64,000 nt of DNA from Candidatus Poribacteria bacterium. Its GTDB lineage: Bacteria > Poribacteria > WGA-4E > PCPOR2b. The stretch lies in assembly GCA_965208325.1 (NCBI GenBank), contig OZ242326.1, positions 3,360,001 to 3,424,000 on the forward strand. Direction: 5' to 3'. This document shows, piece after piece, positions 38,099 through 47,770 of the stretch. The notes under the pieces were generated by a model. The model did no database searches. It worked only from the letters and a program-made list of their open reading frames with translations, and was not told the DNA's origin. The position numbers were made by a program, and so were the translations under genes. Positions within the stretch are counted from its first letter, which is position 1. Every line of letters starts with the position of its first letter.

Positions 38099-40371
38099 AA
38101 CGAGATTCGCCGCGCCTCTCTCGTGAATTGCGTACCCTTAAGACGCCGGATAACATACGACAATCTTATCCGCACCATGAATTTAGGAACATAATGCTTA
38201 GTCTTCAAAATAATCATAAAACCTCAATTTACATACGTTTTGCACTGATTCTCTTTCTCACAGTTTTCATCACAAATACGCTTTGCGCCCAGACAGAGCT
38301 GTTGCTCAAGATTCCAGAAACATCCGACCATGAGATTCGTCCTCTGAAAGCGCGTTTCAACATTAAACTGCGCTACCGCACACAGGATTACTCCATTGTT
38401 CAAGCTTACCGTAGTACGCTGCCCGATTTGCCGTCCGCCGAAATCTTGGATTCGATCTCGCCCGGTTTCGATTACTACATCCTCATGCCAACGTCTACGC
38501 AGGAACGCACGAAGGTTGAGCGGTATGGAGAGATTATAGATGCGGCCGGCGGATTACTGCTTTTCAAATTGCGTACCGATTTCGAACCGGTTCTATTCGA
38601 CCTGCCGGTGCATCACCGCGCTAAATTGCCCGCTGATGTCGCCGTACCGGAGGTGGAATTTGTACCGTACGCACCAAGCGGCACAACACCGCCGCAACAG
38701 CAATCCGTAATTCGTGATTTGCTGAATCGGGTTGATTCCGATCAGTGGTTCAGGCAAATTATCGCGCTTGTCGAAAACGAAGATTTGAACCGGCCGGGGA
38801 GTTTTTTCAGGAGCCGATTCGCCCTACGGGTTCGCGAAGCGGTTCAACTCGACGGCAATCCCAAGCCGGACCACGCTTGCGACAATGCCGCAGACTACAT
38901 TGCCGAACAGTTCCGAAGTTACGGCTTACAAGTCGAATTTGATCCGTTTCCTCACCGCCGCCGCACAGCGCTTGGCGATCCGGTAGGAGAATATGTCATG
39001 CGGAATGTGGTGGCAACGCTGCCGGGCAAGGGGCCGAATAGAGACCTTATCTATCTAGTCACAGCACACTACGATAGCATCGCCTCCAAAACGCCGGGCT
39101 GGGAGCAGAGCTGGCACACATTGCCTGCACCGGGCGCATCGGACAATGCTTCAGGCGTCGCCGAAATAATCGAAACTGCGCGTATCCTTAGTAACACCGA
39201 TTTCGACCATACTATCAGGTTTATCGCCTTTACGGGTGAGGAATTGTTTCTCTTTGGAAGCAGACACTATCGAAATCTCGTAAAAGAGCGCGGCGATCAG
39301 ATTGCGGGCGTTCTGAACTTCGATTTGCTCGGACACGATCCGGACGGTATTCTGGACATCCATGTCCTTGGGAACGAGCAATCGCAATGGCTGGTGCACG
39401 CCTTCGCGAAGGCGGCAGAGAAATATGACATTCCGGTCGATTTGCGCATGAAGAACGATCCGAGTTTTATCTTCAGCGATCATTCCCCGTTTTGGGACAT
39501 TGGTATCCCTGCCGTGATGGTAGCGGAAGAATCTTCGCTTGATGCACCAGAGGAATCAATAGACTATATCCACAGCCAAGAAGACAGTCTGGCTAAAATC
39601 TCTCGTCCGTTGTTCGGGGAAATTGCCGTTAAATTGGGGGTGGCGACGCTTGCGGAACTTGCCCGCCCAATCAATCGTCCGGGCGAAGCGGACGAATTGC
39701 GTCCCGATATTTTCTGGGAATCCAGCGAGATTGAGTTTTCCAACCCGACGCCTACCGAAGGGGATGAGGTTATCCTGCACGCGAACGTTAAAAACGCGGG
39801 ACCTATCGCTGTAACGGGAATCAAGATTCGGTTTGTCGCCGAATCGCCCAACGGAGACTTTGAAGTTCTTTTGGATGAAGCGGTAAATCTCGACGTGGGT
39901 GAATCGAAAATGATTAGTGCGGCCTTCACCCCATCCGCATGGGGTGAATTTACGCTCCTCGCCACAGCGAACAGCGAGGTGCATTTCCTCGAGTCGGATT
40001 TCAGCAACAACCAGATAGAAACGCCGTTGCCGGTCACCGATCCCGGCGTAACGGTCGAAAACGTCTATACATATCCGAACCCGATTGACTTCAACAGAGA
40101 CGGGGCGTCCTTAAGGTTCGTATATACGCTTAGCCGCGATGCCGACATCACTATCGGCGTGTATAACGTATCCGGCGAAAAGGTTTTCGAAGAGCTGTTT
40201 TCGGCGGGGAGCAAAAACGGGAGATTAGGCGTTAATGATTCCTTTACTTGGTCCGGCCTGAAGACGTTCGGTGAGAAAGTTGCCCCGGGCATCTACGTCG
40301 GCCGAATCTCCGCGACGGCTCTAAACGGCGCATCCTCGCAAGAAGAAACAAAGTTTGCCGTGATTTGGTAG
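38095..40371 (+). CDS. Secreted M28 metallopeptidase with CARDB and FlgD/T9SS-like C-terminal domains
   Basis: NVVATLPG, AHYDS, PGASDNASG, FTGEE, SDHSPF; ESDFSNN; YPNP...PGIY...KFAVIW. Start may be ATG 38194. Confidence 0.88.
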   Translation: MKRDSPRLSRELRTLKTPDNIRQSYPHHEFRNIMLSLQNNHKTSIYIRFALILFLTVFITNTLCAQTELLLKIPETSDHEIRPLKARFNIKLRYRTQDYSIVQAYRSTLPDLPSAEILDSISPGFDYYILMPTSTQERTKVERYGEIIDAAGGLLLFKLRTDFEPVLFDLPVHHRAKLPADVAVPEVEFVPYAPSGTTPPQQQSVIRDLLNRVDSDQWFRQIIALVENEDLNRPGSFFRSRFALRVREAVQLDGNPKPDHACDNAADYIAEQFRSYGLQVEFDPFPHRRRTALGDPVGEYVMRNVVATLPGKGPNRDLIYLVTAHYDSIASKTPGWEQSWHTLPAPGASDNASGVAEIIETARILSNTDFDHTIRFIAFTGEELFLFGSRHYRNLVKERGDQIAGVLNFDLLGHDPDGILDIHVLGNEQSQWLVHAFAKAAEKYDIPVDLRMKNDPSFIFSDHSPFWDIGIPAVMVAEESSLDAPEESIDYIHSQEDSLAKISRPLFGEIAVKLGVATLAELARPINRPGEADELRPDIFWESSEIEFSNPTPTEGDEVILHANVKNAGPIAVTGIKIRFVAESPNGDFEVLLDEAVNLDVGESKMISAAFTPSAWGEFTLLATANSEVHFLESDFSNNQIETPLPVTDPGVTVENVYTYPNPIDFNRDGASLRFVYTLSRDADITIGVYNVSGEKVFEELFSAGSKNGRLGVNDSFTWSGLKTFGEKVAPGIYVGRISATALNGASSQEETKFAVIW

Positions 40372-40433
40372 AGGAGATATGTTTCACCGCGTGGGTTGAG
40401 CTTAGAAGAAATTCACCATAGAGAGGCAATTTA

Positions 40434-40793
40434 ATGAAGACTGCGATAAAACAGTGGCTGGATACCTGCCGCGAGAAACATCAAGAGGGTGAATTGACAG
40501 ATGGCGATTTCCTGCGATTGGAATCGCTTCTTGCCGAACGGAAACAGATGGTGCTTTACCTGTATTCGAAATCGACCAACATGCGTTCGCCCATCGCTAG
40601 CTGGGCTTTGTACGATCCCACAAAACCTGATGAACCCAGCCTTCCATCACAGGAGACACCATACGCCTCAGTCATCGAAGCGGTGTGCGACGGCTGGCGG
40701 ATCGTTCAATTTCCTATCTCGAAACTCTACCGGTTTTCGGATATCGATAACGCATACCTGGGTTATGAATTTATCTTGGAAAAATGGACGTGA
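40434..40793 (+). CDS. Hypothetical protein
   Basis: 119 aa, GAGG SD; PYASVIEAVCDGWRIVQFP...YEFILEK. Confidence 0.7.
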   Translation: MKTAIKQWLDTCREKHQEGELTDGDFLRLESLLAERKQMVLYLYSKSTNMRSPIASWALYDPTKPDEPSLPSQETPYASVIEAVCDGWRIVQFPISKLYRFSDIDNAYLGYEFILEKWT

Positions 40794-40847
40794 GATGATT
40801 TTGGGCAGGACAGAACAGCGTTCCTATACCTCAACGGAAAGGAGTAG

Positions 40848-41642
40848 ATGATTATGGACGTTCAACCCACCATGGATGACAAGCGAGTGATGGAATTCGT
40901 TTCAAACGGTTATGTCGTTCTTGAGGGTATTGTTTCGGACGCATTTAACCGCTATTGTGAAACGCTGCCGGGCGGGCAGATCGACGAATTCTTCAATACA
41001 CCCGAGTTTTTCAAGGAAGTTATAATGACGCCGGAATCTGCCGGGGTTGCCCGTTCACTTTTGGGCAAAAATTTCCTCGTGCCCGTCACGGCTCATCATC
41101 ACCTGTTTGAAACACCGCATTCCGGCCAGTTTTGGCATTCCGACGGGATTTCAGAATATGGTTACGGCGTTCACCATCTCCAATGTTATTACTATCCCAA
41201 AGCGGTTAGTCTTGAGGACGGCCCCACAATGGTGCTTCCGGGCTCCCACTATCGATTAGTCGAACGAGAAGCCCTAGCGCATTACGGCAACATCATTGGG
41301 CAGCTCTCCTTGACCGTTCCCGCGGGTACAGTGGTTATGACCCACTACGGCATCTGGCACAAGGCGGGGCCGAAGTTGAACTCAACGCGGCGCGGGATGA
41401 TTAAATATTCCTATTTTCGCACCTCCCCGCCGACACGAGACTGGGTGACGGATTCGGATACAGTTCCGCCTTATGGCAACCAAGGCCGCCATGCCTACGC
41501 ATCCGAAGTGGAATGCTACCGAGACCTGATTCGATGCGAACGCACATGGGCGTGGCTGTGCGGTGTGGAACCGAATGATGATGTCTGCCGGGGCGCGAAA
41601 CTATTCATGGATGCCCGCCCGCTCGCAGACATCAGCTATTGA
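40848..41642 (+). CDS. Phytanoyl-CoA dioxygenase (PhyH) family protein
   Basis: FVSNGYVVL, WHSDG, GPTMVLPGSH, PAGTVV, IWH. Confidence 0.88.
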   Translation: MIMDVQPTMDDKRVMEFVSNGYVVLEGIVSDAFNRYCETLPGGQIDEFFNTPEFFKEVIMTPESAGVARSLLGKNFLVPVTAHHHLFETPHSGQFWHSDGISEYGYGVHHLQCYYYPKAVSLEDGPTMVLPGSHYRLVEREALAHYGNIIGQLSLTVPAGTVVMTHYGIWHKAGPKLNSTRRGMIKYSYFRTSPPTRDWVTDSDTVPPYGNQGRHAYASEVECYRDLIRCERTWAWLCGVEPNDDVCRGAKLFMDARPLADISY

Positions 41643-41728
41643 GGCGGCATATCCGCCGACAATAAACCTTCTAATTCCCGAATTACTAAGGAGTGTTGAT
41701 ATTCATTAAAAGCTATCGGCAATCGTAG

Positions 41729-42220
41729 GGGATCAACCGAGTGAATAGCGAGGGCGATAGTAGACAGCTTTCCAGAATAATTCCACCGCCCGATAGCCCC
41801 AGAGGGGCGACAGGTATATAGAAATCACTGTTACACATTAACATCTAGCCCCAGAGGGGCGGCAGGTGTAAAACGACTACCCTCACATTGGGCTAATACG
41901 CTGTAGGGGCAACCCTTGTGGTTGCCATTAACGCTTCGGTTTTGTCAACCACATTGAGTTAATTAGGAAAGATGTCTAGTGTTTATCAGGTCACCTCGCC
42001 CATTGACCAATGCGGGCGGGGAACTCCTAACCATACAAGTAGGGTAAATTCTTAGGTAGAGATTTATGCCGTGGCAATAAAACCAGCGTATTGCGCTACA
42101 TTCTGAATTATTGTCGAATTTTGGACAATTGACCTACGGCAGTCCGTGTTCGTATCTGATGTGTGAACACAGGGTTGGGAGACCCAACCCCTACGCAGGG
42201 GCAGGTCTTGCGCATGCCCA
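41729..42220. repeat. Cluster of several REP-like elements
   Basis: 33-bp repeat (41729-41761); two TAGCCCCAGAGGGGCG(A/G)CAGGT; GTAGGGGCAACCCTTGTGGTTGCC; AGGGTTGGGAGACCCAACCCCTAC; AGGGGCAGGTCTTGCGCATGCCC. Confidence 0.75.
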
Positions 42221-42555
42221 AGAACTCTCGGAACCGGTATGGGTACTATATGAAGGGTTAAAGCTTCGGCTGACTTCGATTCTAAACGCCCACGCGCTTC
42301 CATGAATTTGCCTTTCAATTTTGAGTTCTTCCGACCGGTTGACAATCGACAACTTAGGGAGAATCAATGCAATATCGAAGTGATGTTTTTTTGTTTGGAT
42401 CACAACAGCATTCAAGGTATAATCATAAGAGTCAAGTTGCCGAAGCGGATAATCGAGTGGAAGAGACACGTTGCTGCTGCGAAGTTCTCAACATATTGAA
42501 ATAGACACCTGTTTCCCAATACCAAAACAAACATATCGTCGAAAGGAAGAACATC

Positions 42556-43464
42556 TTGCGTAAATTAACCTTTAGTGCCTTTTTCTTAGTTCTGATTGGA
42601 TCTCTAATACTGCCAACCGTGAGTTTAGCCAGCGAAAACCCCTGCAATCCTTGTGCGGAGGCAGGCGAGGAGCAGGCAAATCCCTGTAACCCGTGCGCGG
42701 CGAATCCGTGCAACCCTTGTAACCCGTGTGCGGCGAATCCATGCAATCCGTGCGCCGCAGGGGCAACGCTGTTCACAATTGACGATGACAGAAACACATT
42801 CACATTTGAATCCAAGGCGCCGTTGGAAAAAATTATCGGCATGAGCAACAAAATTGCAGGGCATGTTCATGTGAACCTCAATGATGTCACCAGCGGCTCA
42901 ATGGCGAAATTTGAGTTGGATCTCGCAAGCATGTCGACAGGGATTGGCCTTCGAGATGAGCACATGCGTGACCAGTTTTTGGAAACGGACAAGTACCCTA
43001 AAGCGGTGCTCACAATAGATAAGGTTACGAAAGCGTCCAGCGATACGTTTATGGATCAAAAGCCGGTAATCCTAGATGCAAAAGGAACGCTAGAGCTGCA
43101 CGGCGTAAAGAATGAGGTGCGCCTCGAAGGTATCTCCGTGACCTTTCTCAAGGAAAATGAACAAACCAATATGAGGCTGCCCGGCGATCTTATACATATT
43201 GACGGCAGCTTTGTATTGAAGCTTTCCGATTTCAATATCAAAAGGCCGCAGTTAGTCCTTCTCAAGTTGGACGACAACATCAAAGTCAGTGTCGATCTTT
43301 TTGGTACAACCGCCAAGATGTCGACGGAAAATCCGTGCAACCCCTGTAACCCGTGCGCGGCGAATCCCTGCAATCCTTGCAACCCATGTGCGGCAAATCC
43401 GTGTAACCCGTGCAATCCTTGCGCGGAAAATCCCTGCAATCCGTGTAACCCGTGCGGCAAATAG
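42556..43464 (+). CDS. Exported YceI-family protein with N- and C-terminal NPC repeats
   Basis: Signal peptide; [35 protein letters not shown]; 9 + 12 NPC tripeptides. Confidence 0.9.
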   Translation: MRKLTFSAFFLVLIGSLILPTVSLASENPCNPCAEAGEEQANPCNPCAANPCNPCNPCAANPCNPCAAGATLFTIDDDRNTFTFESKAPLEKIIGMSNKIAGHVHVNLNDVTSGSMAKFELDLASMSTGIGLRDEHMRDQFLETDKYPKAVLTIDKVTKASSDTFMDQKPVILDAKGTLELHGVKNEVRLEGISVTFLKENEQTNMRLPGDLIHIDGSFVLKLSDFNIKRPQLVLLKLDDNIKVSVDLFGTTAKMSTENPCNPCNPCAANPCNPCNPCAANPCNPCNPCAENPCNPCNPCGK

Positions 43465-43524
43465 ATAGCAGGCAGCAATCGTGAGAGGCATTAACGCTCT
43501 ACGATTATTACAGTATCGTGTACT

Positions 43525-43597
43525 GGTAACCGTTCAGAACTTTACGGCTATATCCTGACTGAACAGCATCAGCCCCTGAACGGTTACCTATTTTTTT
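43525..43597 (+). terminator. Long-loop hairpin followed by T-run (terminator or mini inverted-repeat element)
   Basis: GGTAACCGTTCAG ... CTGAACGGTTACC perfect 13-bp stem, then TATTTTTTT. Confidence 0.55.
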
Positions 43598-43666
43598 GCC
43601 CTTTCGATTTGCAGATTATAGCCGTTTACATTCATATTTACACACATTCAGATACCACCCTGATAA

Positions 43667-43699
43667 GGGATCAACTGAGTGGATAGCGAAGGCGATAGT
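43667..43699 (+). repeat. 33-bp direct repeat, copy 2
   Basis: GGGATCAACTGAGTGGATAGCGAAGGCGATAGT, 30/33 identical to 41729-41761. Confidence 0.85.
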
Positions 43700-43852
43700 T
43701 TTGGGGGTTGACACCTCTTTTTGATCGGATTGAAGGTAATGTGTAATTTTGAGTTGCGGTGACTATAAGAGCAATCGTCCTGCGCTGCTCAAGATCATTG
43801 CAGCCGGAAGGTGAACTTTAAACTAAAGCGCGTAACACAAACAAGCAAACCA

Positions 43853-44602
43853 ATGGAAACGGAAAAATTCTGGTATTTGAAGCACACTAACATCTTTGCC
43901 GGCATGACGGATGTAGACTTTGGCGATCTAAATCGAATTGCGGACATGGTGCGCTACACTCGCCACGAGCAGGTCCACGGCCGAGACGATTCGGACGATG
44001 TCATCTATCTGATTAAGGAGGGGCGGGTCAAAATCTACAAGCCTTTGCCGGAAGAAAAAGAGCTAACGCTAGCGGTTCTTGAACCGGGGGAAATCTTCGG
44101 GGAGATGGCGATGTTTGAGGAGGAACCGCATGGCACAATCGCAGAGACATTGGATGACACGCTGCTTTGCGTCATACGCCGGCGAGACTTTGGAATCCTG
44201 CTGCGCAAAAGACCGGAGTTGGCAATGCGTACCGCGATTATCGTTGGGGTGAAAAGACGATTTATCGAAAACCGGCTTGAAAATTTGGTGTTTCGGAGTG
44301 TGTCCTCGCGGCTGGCACTGCTGTTGATTGCCTTAGCGGAAAAAGACGGCATCCGCGAAAGCCGGGGAATCACGTTGAACGTAAAACTTTCAGAACAGAA
44401 ACTGGCGCGTTTAACTGCAACTCCACGCGAGACAACCAGCCCGCTTCTCAATGAAATTGAACGCTTGGGGTATATCAAAATTCGGCGTCGCCGAATCAAA
44501 ATTCTTAACCAGTGGGCATTAAAAAAGATTGCAGATGATAGAATGAGAGAATTATCGATTCCGGAAGATCCAGAACCAACAGATGATTTTGCGGGCCTTT
44601 AA
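43853..44602 (+). CDS. Crp/Fnr family transcriptional regulator
   Basis: IYLIKEGRVKI, PGEIFGEMA, VSSRLA, HTH with RETTS. Confidence 0.92.
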   Translation: METEKFWYLKHTNIFAGMTDVDFGDLNRIADMVRYTRHEQVHGRDDSDDVIYLIKEGRVKIYKPLPEEKELTLAVLEPGEIFGEMAMFEEEPHGTIAETLDDTLLCVIRRRDFGILLRKRPELAMRTAIIVGVKRRFIENRLENLVFRSVSSRLALLLIALAEKDGIRESRGITLNVKLSEQKLARLTATPRETTSPLLNEIERLGYIKIRRRRIKILNQWALKKIADDRMRELSIPEDPEPTDDFAGL

Positions 44603-44746
44603 GCCCACCGATGAGCTCTTTTATTCAAGAACCATTCGGAAAAATCCGTTACTGCCAGTTTTTCCTTTGAACTTGCGTTTGACTCGTGTAAGTGGAAGGT
44701 TATCGCGTGAATCCCAGTCTGTAAGTTTTGGGCTGCTTGCTGCGCT

Positions 44747-45379
44747 TTATTGTAAGACGCTCTTAACGCGACGGATCGCCCCCATACTTATTTATTAACG
44801 CGTCAACATAGTCAAGCTTCTGTTGCAGCTCTGCGTCCGAGAGTTGGTTCTCGTCTTCCCACGGAGGAATAATTCCATATTCCTCATTAAGCAAACGTTG
44901 CAGTTCTGGATCAGCTACTATCTCTTCCTCGGTAGCTCCTGCTTTTATGCGAGATCGAACATAATCGTAGAACGGACTAGGACCTGGTGGGGCGCCAGCT
45001 CGTCGGATTCAGTCAGCACAGAATTTATATATTCAAGTGTCCGGTCTATTTCTGGCAAAACGACCTCGTCGGTATGGACGCGTAACCGTTCAAGTTCGGC
45101 GATTTCGAGCGGACTTAATTTCGGCGCAGTTTCTCCCTCGGCGGACACAGATGAAATGGACTTCCGCGTTTCCGTTTTACCTTTCGAGTGTAGAGCAGTA
45201 ATTGGCCGGTTATCCCAATTTTCTGTTTCGGTGTTTGACGTTTGGACAGGCAAGGGTCGGTCATCTATTGACTGTTTAAATTTTAGTCAATCTCAACGAG
45301 TGTTAACGACAACCGCCGCAACTATTGTGATTGAGACTATTGCCGACAGAACCAAGGTAGTCCGTGTAGGTCTAATCAT
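44747..45379 (-). pseudogene. Decayed membrane-anchored paralog of 49892-50551
   Basis: MIRPTRTTLVLSAIVSITIVAAVVVNTR*D*LKFK... with TGA at 45293-95 and 45287-89. Frameshift at the G4 run 44989-92, then SPFYDYVRSRIKAGATEEEIVADPELQRLL. Confidence 0.8.
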
Positions 45380-45405
45380 AATTATACATCTCACATTTGT
45401 GAAAA

Positions 45406-46509
45406 CTACGGGTTGACCGCGAGCCAAGGATCCGTATCACGCAGTAAACGAAGTAATTCTGCGTCTTCTTCGATTTCCTCCCACTGTCCCTCCGCAAGCA
45501 GGTGTTGATAAGCATAGTTAGATGCAGGATCCCGTTTTATAGCCGCCAATGTCGTAGTATATTGGTTGTCCAATTCGGAAGGAATCAACGCCAATACTTG
45601 CCGTATTTCCGAGCGCAATTCCGTCAGTTTGGGCAACGTCCGGTTTTCAATCGTTTGCACGGCCAGTGCATATGTGCGCAAAACTTCCGCATCGCTCATA
45701 CCATCGTTTTTCATTTCTTCATATGATTCTCTCGTCGTATCTAGAACTGCCGACATTGGCGGTATATCATCGAAGTTTAGAGCGAACGGTAAATCCCATA
45801 GACGCGATGCAATTGGGGGCTCCGATTCGGACAATTCTACCGGGACCGACTCCCTTGACAAGGCTTGCTTAATCTGATTAAGTTCTTGTATAGCATCCCC
45901 CGCGTGCACGTCAAGAACTTCCAATTCGCCCCTCCAATACCGAATGTGATTCTGGTAGTAATTGAGCATCAATCTATATTTTACCAGGTATTTGCGAATC
46001 CGTTCTATTGTCTCGCGTTGCCGAGAGATGTCGCCGCGTTTGTATTTAGCATCGTCGCGATAGTCTTGAAGTTGATCCGCCTGCATTTTCTCGATTGATG
46101 CCACCTTCCAATCCGGGGCGGTCTTCTTCAACTCTTTCAACTCCTTTTTGAATTCATCTCTCGTATTGACAATTGCGTTATTAATGTCGGTTAATTCGTT
46201 TTCCAATAAACTCAATTGTTCTAGGTTGCTAGCCATATCACTTTCTTCGGTTGTTACCGATTTTTGCTGGATTTTTATCGTACCCTCTGTCATATGGACA
46301 ATGAATTTCGCTATACGAAACTTTTCATCAATACTATCGTAAATTAATACGGCGTCAATTACATCTAGCATATCGTATTTGTCATGATTCGGAGGGTAAA
46401 ACCGAGACACAATCAAAAGAGCAACAATTATAAACGATACTCCTACGATCAGATAACGCGGTCGCTTGAGATTCGTTATCACACTTCGATTCCCATGCGT
46501 TTCATTCAT
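45406..46509 (-). CDS. Membrane-anchored coiled-coil protein of an unrecognised local family
   Basis: AGGAG SD; N-terminal TM. Coiled coil similar to 50592-51242; C-domain similar to 49892-50551. Confidence 0.8.
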   Translation of the reverse strand: MNETHGNRSVITNLKRPRYLIVGVSFIIVALLIVSRFYPPNHDKYDMLDVIDAVLIYDSIDEKFRIAKFIVHMTEGTIKIQQKSVTTEESDMASNLEQLSLLENELTDINNAIVNTRDEFKKELKELKKTAPDWKVASIEKMQADQLQDYRDDAKYKRGDISRQRETIERIRKYLVKYRLMLNYYQNHIRYWRGELEVLDVHAGDAIQELNQIKQALSRESVPVELSESEPPIASRLWDLPFALNFDDIPPMSAVLDTTRESYEEMKNDGMSDAEVLRTYALAVQTIENRTLPKLTELRSEIRQVLALIPSELDNQYTTTLAAIKRDPASNYAYQHLLAEGQWEEIEEDAELLRLLRDTDPWLAVNP

Positions 46510-46732
46510 TGATCTCTCCTCCTGTCATGTGTTAAACCGGTAATCCGCAAAAATGTTGAATGTCATTCCGATTGCCAATGTAGGCTCTCTTTTTGGCGAC
46601 CTATTCCCGCCGGTCTGTAGTACTGTCTTTGTCGCAATCCCTGTGGTACCGTCGAAACGCCGTCAAAGTTTGAAATGAGAACAACTACGACATTCGAAGG
46701 TATCGAAATCACGACTCTGGGATGTTCTCTCT

Positions 46733-46978
46733 CTAAAATAAACGGGAAAGTTGTTCCTTTAGGTATTGTTTGATGTTAATACGCCGATTCAACACTTCCT
46801 CCGGTTGATTAATCTTCCATGCCAAAAGCGCAAAATATCCGCACGTGACGAGAACAAAAACCCAAGTTATCAGGCGAGCAATTGGACTGTATTCGCCGCT
46901 GTTAGAACTTACAATCCAATCTATGCTGCAGAAACTCAGGAAAATTGCCACGAAAACTTCTAAAGGTTTCAAATTCAC
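46733..46978 (-). CDS. Small 2-TM hypothetical protein
   Basis: AAGGAGG SD before GTG; two hydrophobic stretches. Confidence 0.6.
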   Translation of the reverse strand: MNLKPLEVFVAIFLSFCSIDWIVSSNSGEYSPIARLITWVFVLVTCGYFALLAWKINQPEEVLNRRINIKQYLKEQLSRLF

Positions 46979-47157
46979 AGTTGCCTCCTTTGCTCTGCCA
47001 ACAGACGGTATGCTGTAGCGTTAGACTTACGACGCTTGGAATTAACCGCCATTTATTCTCATTGAAAACTGGAAAAAACTGCAAACTGCGATGCGTCGAA
47101 CATTGGCAACGTTATTCAGCGGTTTTTTTATTGGATTGTTCTCTTTTCGAGACGGGA

Positions 47158-47613
47158 TTAAAACCATGAGGCAATTTTTTCAAACTCACTAATGGACTCC
47201 TTGGTCTTCTCGTACGCCTCCTCGAGGATTTGGTACGCCTCCTTGAGACTGTTGTTTTCATTGATGTGCGGTTTAGTCTTATTCATCAATTTTTTTAATC
47301 TCTTAAGGTTCGACTTCTCAATCTTAATAATTTTGGCGTAAGTATCCCGTAGGCCCTTTAATTCTTTGCGTGATTGGCCCGCAAATGGCCCCTCTTTAAT
47401 TATCTCCCGATCAATTTCAGTGCGGACCGAGATTACCACAATTGCTCCCGCTAAAACTAAATTTAGCAGCACGGAACCGATAACGAGAATTGTTGGCGGC
47501 GTTATTGTGGTAATGGAGGCGGTCTTTCGGTTGTTCATAGGTAGGTCTCCTCTCCCCATTTCTTCCGGTGATAGCTTCTGGAACAGTATTTGCGGATACT
47601 GCATAAGATGCAC
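47158..47613 (-). CDS. Single-TM coiled-coil hypothetical protein
   Basis: TM ILVIGSVLLNLVLAGAIVVISV. Start probably the internal ATG (MNNRK) after GAGGAG. Confidence 0.65.
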   Translation of the reverse strand: MHLMQYPQILFQKLSPEEMGRGDLPMNNRKTASITTITPPTILVIGSVLLNLVLAGAIVVISVRTEIDREIIKEGPFAGQSRKELKGLRDTYAKIIKIEKSNLKRLKKLMNKTKPHINENNSLKEAYQILEEAYEKTKESISEFEKIASWF

Positions 47614-47770
47614 ATAATTAAACTCAATACGATTTTACCGATACTTAGCTAAATATCTGTCCGATTTGTTGTGCACACATCGTCCCAGAGTATTGATTCA
47701 TTCGGATAATACAGAGTGCGATAACGGCACCTTTAAGTTTCCGCATTAAGGCGTTAATGCTGTTCTGCCG

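Noticed and set aside
42432..43491. Antisense ORFs with HGLQG repeats
   Set aside because: Shadows of the NPC repeats on the opposite strand.
43853..44602. Crp/Fnr protein as the binder of the respiratory palindrome
   Set aside because: The motif half-sites are inverted relative to TGTGA-N6-TCACA, so the sequence gives no support for the link.
45287..45295. TGA recoding (selenocysteine or alternative genetic code)
   Set aside because: The same gene has a frameshift and uses TGG, the context is not Cys-like, and TGA terminates many intact genes in the window.
47105..47180. Frameshift in the A6 run extending the 47158-47613 ORF
   Set aside because: The alternative tail is short and there is no homolog in the window to support it.
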